Assembly: GCA_001600695.1 (NCBI GenBank)
Contig: BCKQ01000001.1
Location: 1,610,355-1,616,022, forward strand
Source: Ascoidea asiatica JCM 7603
Taxonomy: Eukaryota; Fungi; Ascomycota
Length of the DNA: 5,668 bases
Direction of reading: 5' to 3'
Shown: positions 1 to 5,668 of the stretch, in pieces
Position numbering within the stretch: position 1 is the stretch's first letter
How the letters are laid out: each line of letters opens with the position of its first letter
The notes under the pieces: generated by a model
Database searches by the model: none
What the model was told of the DNA's origin: nothing
The model's input: the letters and a program-made list of their open reading frames with translations, nothing else
Made by a program: the position numbers and the translations under genes

Positions 1-735
1 TTTTTTTTTTTCTTAATTGGTTGAAAAAGTTCTGAAATTTAGAAATTGAGGTTATAGAATAAGTATGGATAAAATTAGTTAAATATGCTTTATTTATGAT
101 TTAAAAAAGTGGTTTATGCTTTATATGATTTATTTATGATTTGTTAATGATTAATTTATGATTTATTGATGATATGATTGAAATGATTTTATTTTTAATA
201 TTTTAAATTAATTGATTGAGTTGATTGAATTGATAGAATAAGTGAAAGCGTTTAATGATTTTTAGATAATTGAAGATTCATAGAAAGTAAATTGATTTGA
301 AGAAGGTTGAAACTATTAATATATTTTGTTTTAATTTAAAATTGTGAGATAAAATGTGAGTAATATATTTTTATTTTGAAACTTGATATATTTTAAAATT
401 ATTTTTATATACTTATTTGAGTGATAGATATTGATATTTGGTTTTTTTTTTTTTTTAAAAAAAAAACAATTGATAAAAAGATATTAAGAAACTAAAATAT
501 AATTGAATATAAGTTAATAATATTTAAAAAGAATTGTGAAAAATAAAGGATATAAGAATGGCTAAATATAAAATTGATAATTTTAAAATGTGATGGAATG
601 TTGAATAAGTTGAAATTAATTTAGAGAGTAATTTAGTGTGAAAAGACAGAGAAATTTTTAATAATTTTTAAAGAGTTAAATTTTTTGGAAATAGTTAAAA
701 GAATTTAATAAAATTTTAAAAAAATGAATAATGAA

Positions 736-805
736 ATTATTTAAGTTATTATTCAGATTATTTAAGTTATTCAAATCTTTTAAATTTTTAAAATTATTTA
801 AGTTA
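736..805 (+). repeat. Three copies of ATTATTTAAGTTA
   Basis: Copies are at 736-748, 757-769 and 793-805. Confidence 0.9.
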
Positions 806-1053
806 ATAATAAAAGTTAACTGTAGTATTTGTTAAATACTGTAATTTGAATTGAGAAAGTTATAACTAACGTTATATTTTTTTTTGGAGTTATTGAAAAA
901 TAATTATTATTAAATAAATAGATAAATAAATAGAGGAATAAAATTAAGTGAAAAAATTAATAAGTAACTGGTTCTGGTACGATTTTTAGAAATTTAAAGA
1001 GATAATTCTCAAATTGAAAAATTAAATTATTAATATAACAATTATTTTTTAAT

Positions 1054-1097
1054 TTATTATTTCTTGTTATTTTATTATTATTTCTTGTTATTTTATT
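1054..1097 (+). repeat. 21-bp tandem duplication
   Basis: TTATTATTTCTTGTTATTTTA occurs twice. Confidence 0.9.
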
Positions 1098-1202
1098 GAT
1101 GATTCAATTGGGAAACAAAAAAAACAACAGAGTCCAATTTTTTGTTAACTTGAAATTAAGCGGTAAGACTCTTAATAATGTAATTATTTTTTTTTTCTAT
1201 TA

Positions 1203-1233
1203 ATGATTGATAATTGATGATTGATAATTGATG
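1203..1233 (+). repeat. 14-bp tandem duplication
   Basis: ATGATTGATAATTG occurs twice, followed by ATG. Confidence 0.9.
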
Positions 1234-1652
1234 GTTTTTTTAATGATGAATATTTTTAACTTGAGTGAGGATTTAGACAAATTTATGATTTATCGATAAT
1301 ATTATTGCAGTAATTAGATTGATTTTTGATTTTTTTTTTGATTTGAAGAAATTGAATAAGAAAGAAGTAAAATTCGATGAATTAAGATAGAGAAGAAGGC
1401 AAATATTTAAAAAATTGAAGTGATTTGAAAGAGTTTAAAAGGATTTTAGAAAGAAGTGGCTAAGATCTGGAATAGATCTGGATAAGAAATGGCTGTTTTT
1501 GAATATATTAATAAGAGAAATGGGTATGAGAATTGCAATTAATGCAGTGTCAATACAGTCTGGATATACTACTGTAAAGTAAGTGTAAAATTAACTGAGA
1601 AAATAAACTTATAACGTTTTACTCTTGCGACTTAAAGTGAGCTGCTTGCAAA

Positions 1653-1754
1653 ATATAATCTAATATATATAATCTAATGAATTTTAATATATTTCTAAAT
1701 TATATTTTCTTTTGATAATATAATATGATAATATAATATGATAATATGATAATA
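1653..1754 (+). repeat. AT-rich short tandem duplications
   Basis: ATATAATCTAAT occurs twice (1653, 1667). TGATAATATAATA twice is followed by TGATAATA twice (1713-1754). Confidence 0.85.
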
Positions 1755-2067
1755 TTAAAGTGATGTCTGAATAGAGTAAAAGAAAAGGCAAGAATAAGAT
1801 ATTGAATTGATCGTTTTCAAAGAATTTAGTAACTAAAATGTGTGAAAATAAGAACTTTTTAAGTAACTTTTGAATTTTGAAATTGGTTGTATTTTTACGG
1901 TCTTCAAAATAATAATTATGAATTATGAACTAGTACTACTTTACTATTTAACCTGATTTTTTTTCTTGATTATTACCAATTGCAATTTCAAACGAGTTGA
2001 TTTTAAAATTTGTTTTATTTATCAATTTTAATTACTATTCAATTAATTTGAATTTTATATATATTAA

Positions 2068-2210
2068 TGAAATTTTTTTCCTCTTTTTACTTACTACGAA
2101 AAAATTTCAATTGTTTTTTTTTTATTTTGAATAAAGTTTGATTATTGACTACAATAAACCGGTGAAAAACCTAAAAAATCGAGGTTTGTTGCAAAAATTA
2201 GGGTGAAAAA
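2068..2210. promoter_or_regulatory. RRPE-like inverted pair with a Tbf1-like TTAGGG
   Basis: TGAAATTTTTTTC (2068-2080) and GAAAAAATTTCA (2098-2109) are in inverted orientation. GGTGAAAAA occurs at 2161 and 2202, TTAGGG at 2198-2203, and a poly-T tract at ~2114-2123. Confidence 0.3.
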
Positions 2211-2548
2211 AACAGTGATTGAAGGTTGGCCGAAGTTTTTACAATGTTTCTTCAGTGTTTCTTTAATGTTTGTTACGCTCATTTAATGCTATTTTGTGAA
2301 TAATGATACTTGTGAAATGGGATTTAAAACTTTTTTTCAAATTGAATTTTAATACTAATATTATGTAGGATAGTTTAGTGGTAAAGTAGGCCAAGATTTC
2401 ATCCAAAGCCATCTTTGAATAGCTTTACTGTTATTTATTGAGTTAAATTTGAGTGGCTGTGGATTTCAAAAATCATGATAAAAAAGATAGGAAGAGAAAT
2501 TTAACTCGTTTTAACAAAGGCTATAATTTAACAGAGAATAAATGTTCA

Positions 2549-3390
2549 ACAGAGGAAAATAATCAATTGCAATTGGTGAGAGTCTTTGATTAAATTGGAA
2601 TATTCTATGTGACTAGACTGGAATACAATCAATCTGCTTTGAATAAAAATAGCAAAAATAACTTCTTAGAAGGCAAAAGGTGCCACAATCTCAATAAAAT
2701 CTCTTGGAAATGAAAATTTAACTTGTTTGTTTATTGTCTTTACCAATACCCGTAGTATGTTATTGGACCTTCTCTGTAAAATATGATTATCGGTGTCCCT
2801 AAAATCAGGAACTGGTTTCTTAGGTGTAACTCTTCTTCTTACACAAAGTCAGAAACTATCAAAAACATTCAACGTTGCTTGTACATCGACACAAATATAT
2901 ACATGGTCTAGATACTACTACTATTACTTCAAATGCTAGTAGTAAAATAGGCTTTCCTTGTCTCATTTCAAATTATTTGAATTGAATCAATTTGCAACGG
3001 GGGAAATAGAGCAAATAATTTCGATGTCCTTTATTGATTAGCCCAACTGTGCAATTGAGCTTCAGTCGAAGAAAGTTCCATAGAATTCTTCCAGAAATAC
3101 CTTTTGGTTTCATTCGATTTGAATTGAGTTGGATAAAACTGAGTTGAACCTGCTTTCAGTTCAGCGGCAAAAGTAAGGGTAATCAACCCACTGTAGAAAT
3201 TTCTACAGTCGCCCATGGAGCTGTTGGGTAGCGAAATACCTACCGGGCAGCACTGCTCCTACAGTACTGGTAGCATAAATACTACTATAGCATTAGTGGT
3301 TTGCTACTTCCATTGGTTCAAAATAGTTGCAAACACTATCACTTTTGGAAAAATATTGTTTATAAACAGATATCCATGAAGGATTATGTT
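2549..3390 (-). pseudogene. Possible decayed coding sequence of unknown family (includes the 61-aa ORF 3031-3216)
   Basis: GC is higher than in the left flank. One minus frame (3390-2971) has 3 stops in 140 codons, and another (2914-2549) has 2 stops in 122 codons, including the 60-codon stretch LCVRRRVTPKKPVPDFRDTDNHILQRRSNNILRVLVKTINKQVKFSFPRDFIEIVAPFAF. No homology recognised. Confidence 0.3.
3190..3209. repeat. Perfect 20-bp palindrome
   Basis: ACTGTAGAAATTTCTACAGT equals its own reverse complement. Confidence 0.97.
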
Positions 3391-3410
3391 CTATTATGGC
3401 TCTCTGCCGG

Positions 3411-3450
3411 CTTGTGTCTTTTTGTGTCTTTCTTAGTCTTTGTTAGCCTT
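3411..3450 (+). repeat. Degenerate 10-bp tandem repeat
   Basis: Units are CTTGTGTCTT, TTTGTGTCTT, TCTTAGTCTT and TGTTAGCCTT. Confidence 0.8.
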
Positions 3451-3460
3451 GTTTTGTGGT
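3420..3460 (-). promoter_or_regulatory. Two Ndt80/Sum1 MSE-like sites
   Basis: Minus-strand GACACAAAA (3428-3420) fits gNCRCAAAW; CACAAAA (3458-3452) fits the core only. Confidence 0.35.
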
Positions 3461-3581
3461 TCTTATGAATTTCTGTTTTTCAAAACCACTGGCCCTTGAT
3501 TATTTTTGAACAAAGCCCTACGAGGATAAGAAAGCGGTGTCGGCAAAGCTTAAAACCTTAAATCTGATCCGAGTTTCAGTG

Positions 3582-3589
3582 TTACCCGT
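3582..3589 (+). promoter_or_regulatory. Reb1-type general regulatory factor site
   Basis: TTACCCGT matches the yeast Reb1 consensus TTACCCG and lies in an ORF-free, motif-rich block. Confidence 0.5.
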
Positions 3590-3634
3590 CTCTATTTTAT
3601 TATTTTCAAGCTGTTGCTGCATGTGAGATCGGCG

Positions 3635-3690
3635 ATACGAGGTTTCTAATACGAGGTTTCCAATTCGAGGTCCGGAATACGAGGTCTGTG
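3635..3690 (+). repeat. 4 x 14-bp tandem array with invariant CGAGGT core
   Basis: Units are ATACGAGGTTTCTA, ATACGAGGTTTCCA, ATTCGAGGTCCGGA and ATACGAGGTCTGTG. Confidence 0.95.
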
Positions 3691-3880
3691 TTTTGTAAGA
3701 AGGCTTTTCTCACATGATTCAAAAACCCCTTCCACTCAGAGACCAGATCCAGTACAAAACGCATTTTTAGCCTATCGATTATTGGTTATCCTGGCGTGTT
3801 AATTGTTCACGTTAACGCTCTCATTTCGCAGGTTAACTGGTGAAGGTTCTTTGAACGAGAAATACTAAGTGAAGTCACAT

Positions 3881-3927
3881 CATCTCTATTTGCAGACACA
3901 ACATCTCTATTTGCAGACATTATTTGC
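3881..3927 (+). repeat. 18-bp direct repeat (21-bp period) plus a partial third copy
   Basis: CATCTCTATTTGCAGACA occurs at 3881-3898 and 3902-3919; TATTTGC recurs at 3921-3927. Confidence 0.95.
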
Positions 3928-3982
3928 TATTTAGGAAGTAATTTTGTCATGTTTTTGAAAAATGAACTTTTGAAAAAGCTCA

Positions 3983-4176
3983 GCGGAAATCACCCAAAAT
4001 CCGGAAAATAACCGCATTCGAATCCGACAAAGGATTTAAAATCGGGCCCGAAGGTTTTAAGAGTGACCAGAAAGTATTAACATGGGAAGCCAGGTACCCT
4101 CTATAAATGGAATATATATTTCAAGTGATATGTTTAAAAACCGCCCACGCATTTACCGGAAATGACAAACCGGTTA
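3983..4176. promoter_or_regulatory. CGG/CCG-rich UAS-like segment with a TATA-like element
   Basis: It contains CGGAAA three times (~3984, 4002, 4157), the palindrome TCGGGCCCGA at 4042-4051, ACCGGT, and TATAAATG at 4102-4109 (fits TATAWAWR). CGG triplets are typical Zn2Cys6 half-sites. Confidence 0.35.
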
Positions 4177-4285
4177 CTTAACTCGTGAAGTTTTTTGAAA
4201 CACCGAGGTCTGTTCTGAAAGAAATTTATATTTCAAGACTCAAACAATTAGAAAAACTTTCTTTTAGAGAACAAATAACCAAAAA

Positions 4286-4297
4286 TATATATAAAAG
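4286..4297. promoter_or_regulatory. TATATATAAAAG: 3'-end efficiency element of the minus-strand gene, or a + strand TATA box
   Basis: TATATA lies just downstream of the minus-strand stops at 4319 and 4308. TATAAAAG (4290-4297) is also a canonical TATA on the + strand. Confidence 0.35.
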
Positions 4298-4307
4298 AAG
4301 TACAGTA

Positions 4308-5133
4308 CTAACAGATTGTTAATGTATTATCAAACTCTTCAATATCGAATACGTCAATATTAAATTCCTAAGATTATTGCTCCAAATCGTTTCCCAGTGG
4401 CGGTAAAGGAGAAGGTTTCTAGAAAGACCAGCAATTGTAGAAGTAGGTGGCATAACAATTGGAGAGGGTATGATATTAAGTTTCTTTTTATCATCAGAAA
4501 AGGATTGATTAGAAATTCCAAAAGACTCCCCTGGGATATTTGGTTTGACATTTAAATGAGAAAAAGATTTATCTAGATCATCATCCAAAGAATCATTACT
4601 TTTTGTTAAGAGACTTTAATCCTCAATTGGAAAAACAATTACAATAGACGTTACCACTTTAGAAGGACCCATAACAGAAGAACTTACTGCTGAAGAGATA
4701 GGTTTGAATTATTGTAACTATTTCTCTCATTGATCATATTCTCATTATTAATGCTATTATCGTAAGTGTCTTCAAACATTAATAGGTTCTCCATTTTCAT
4801 TTCAAACTGGTCTACCAAAGTCGAGTTAAGATCATGAAAAAAGAAGTTGGTATTAGAACGGCTTGAACTAAATATTCTAGTATCATTTTTTGCGTTGTCA
4901 TTGGTGGCGATACTTGAGCTGTTTTCATTTGTAGACTGCTCCTTATAGATATGATCAGAATATAAATTTAAAACAATAGAATTAGGTTCTTGAATCTCCT
5001 TTTCGATTTCCATATTGAGATTTAATTGGATTCGATAAATCATGCTCAATAAAACTCTGCTCATGTCTACAATTTAAGATTTGTAGTTTTTATATGATTG
5101 AGTTGGAACTTTAATTAACACTTTTCTTATTGA
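4308..5133 (-). pseudogene. Fragmented coding region across three minus-strand frames (pseudogene or spliced gene); low-complexity protein with an acidic C-terminal segment
   Basis: Manual translation gives SIRKVLIKVPTQSYKNYKS*IVDMSRVLL...NNSN. A frame change near 4700 gives KPISSAVSSSVMGPSKVVTSIVIVFPIED*SLLTKSNDSLDDDLDKSF...PSPIVMPPTSTIAGLS. A second change near 4420 gives KPSPLPPLGNDLEQ*S*EFNIDVFDIEEFDNTLTIC*. Internal stops are at 5076-5074, 4618-4616, 4376-4374 and 4370-4368. Confidence 0.5.
4684..5064 (-). CDS. Hypothetical Asn/Ser-rich protein (126 aa ORF), probably the 5' part or first exon of a longer disrupted or spliced gene
   Basis: It is the longest ORF in the window and has protein-like low-complexity composition (NENSSSIATNDNAKND, DNSINNENMINERNSYNNSN). 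Its TAA overlaps a GTAAGT donor-like sequence (minus, 4687-4682). No family recognised. Confidence 0.5.
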   Translation of the reverse strand: MSRVLLSMIYRIQLNLNMEIEKEIQEPNSIVLNLYSDHIYKEQSTNENSSSIATNDNAKNDTRIFSSSRSNTNFFFHDLNSTLVDQFEMKMENLLMFEDTYDNSINNENMINERNSYNNSNLSLQQ

Positions 5134-5178
5134 TTATTATTATTATTATTATTGTTTATTGTTTATTGTTTATTGTTT
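5133..5178 (+). repeat. Compound microsatellite (ATT)7 followed by (GTTTATT)3
   Basis: Read directly from the sequence. Confidence 0.95.
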
Positions 5179-5233
5179 TTTTATATTGAATGATAATATA
5201 GATATAATTTTAAAATTAGATACATCAATAATG

Positions 5234-5276
5234 AATAAACAATAGACAATAGACAACAAGCAATAAAATAAACAAT
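5234..5276 (+). repeat. Degenerate 7-bp repeat (AATAAAC/AATAGAC)
   Basis: Reads AATAAAC AATAGAC AATAGAC AACAAGC AATAA AATAAAC. Confidence 0.85.
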
Positions 5277-5668
5277 GTAACAAAAGCAAAAACAAACATC
5301 AGTTAATAATTCATTTGGCTTTTCTTTAATTACAAAAACCAAAGGGGGTTTATCTATTGAAATGAATAGTTGAAGAAGATACAGAAGAGGACTTAAATAA
5401 TGTTTAAATCAATTGAATGTGGATGAACTTATGAAAGTCATACTAGTTGATAAACAATTTAGGGAATAAAACATATTTTATTTTAGTATCTTGTGAAAAA
5501 AACGTGGTAATAAATTATTTAAAATAGAGTTAACTTATTTGTCTTGGTCTCTTTCATATCAGATTTGGATTAAGTTGTTTGCACAATACTATATGATTGT
5601 AATAATGAAGTTGATTTAGTTGAATTGATGACTTATTTGAAAGATCGGTAAGAAGTATATTATAAACA

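Noticed and set aside
2371-2385. tRNA gene (TAGTTTAGTGGTAAA resembles a D-arm/A box)
   Set aside because: No anticodon stem, T-arm (GGTTCRA) or acceptor pairing follows.
2667-2690. DCGTFCLL resembling the Ulp1/C48 protease catalytic Cys motif
   Set aside because: It is short, preceded by a stop, lies in a stop-rich frame, and lacks the upstream Gln and His-Trp motifs.
3195-3204. Heat-shock element (nGAAnnTTCn)
   Set aside because: Only two units are present, and they are explained by the palindrome.
3041-3230. RNase MRP RNA (GAAAGTTCC ... CCCATGGAGCT resemble CR-I/CR-V)
   Set aside because: P4 lacks the canonical bulged-U register, and there is no room for P2/P3 upstream.
3218-3262. Group II intron domain V (GAGC...GAAA...AC)
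   Set aside because: Loop and bulge geometry are non-canonical, and there is no domain VI, GUGYG 5' end or RT ORF.
3635-3690. CRISPR array or telomere repeat
   Set aside because: The units are 14 bp and adjacent, with no unique spacers and no cas genes. The array is internal and degenerate, and is not a telomere motif I recognise.
4360-4551. 63-aa ORF as an independent gene
   Set aside because: It is a Leu-rich off-frame shadow that overlaps the more protein-like frame.
4360-5064. TAA/TAG-to-Gln recoding (ciliate-type code) joining same-frame ORFs
   Set aside because: The read-through sequence (VLLLWVLLKW...) looks off-frame. The protein-like text needs frame changes that recoding cannot explain.

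Overview
This is very AT-rich, apparently eukaryotic DNA. A budding-yeast-like fungus is my inference from the motif content and the Asn/Ser-rich ORF. I recognise no intact known gene, RNA gene, CRISPR array or transposon. The window has five zones. (1) 1-~2100: extremely AT-rich non-coding DNA, C-depleted on the + strand, with many short tandem duplications. (2) ~2060-2210: a small RRPE/Tbf1-like motif cluster. (3) ~2360-3390: a more GC-rich island with long minus-strand frames broken by few stops (possible decayed gene), overlapping a dense run of hairpins at ~3170-3310. (4) ~3400-4230: a promoter-like block with a Reb1-type site, Ndt80/MSE-type sites, CGG-rich motifs, a 4x14-bp CGAGGT array and an 18-bp duplication. 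(5) ~4308-5133: a minus-strand Asn/Ser/acidic-rich coding region split across three frames, which is either a pseudogene or an intron-containing gene, followed by microsatellites. I cannot support a claim of a new biological system; the best leads are in the findings.
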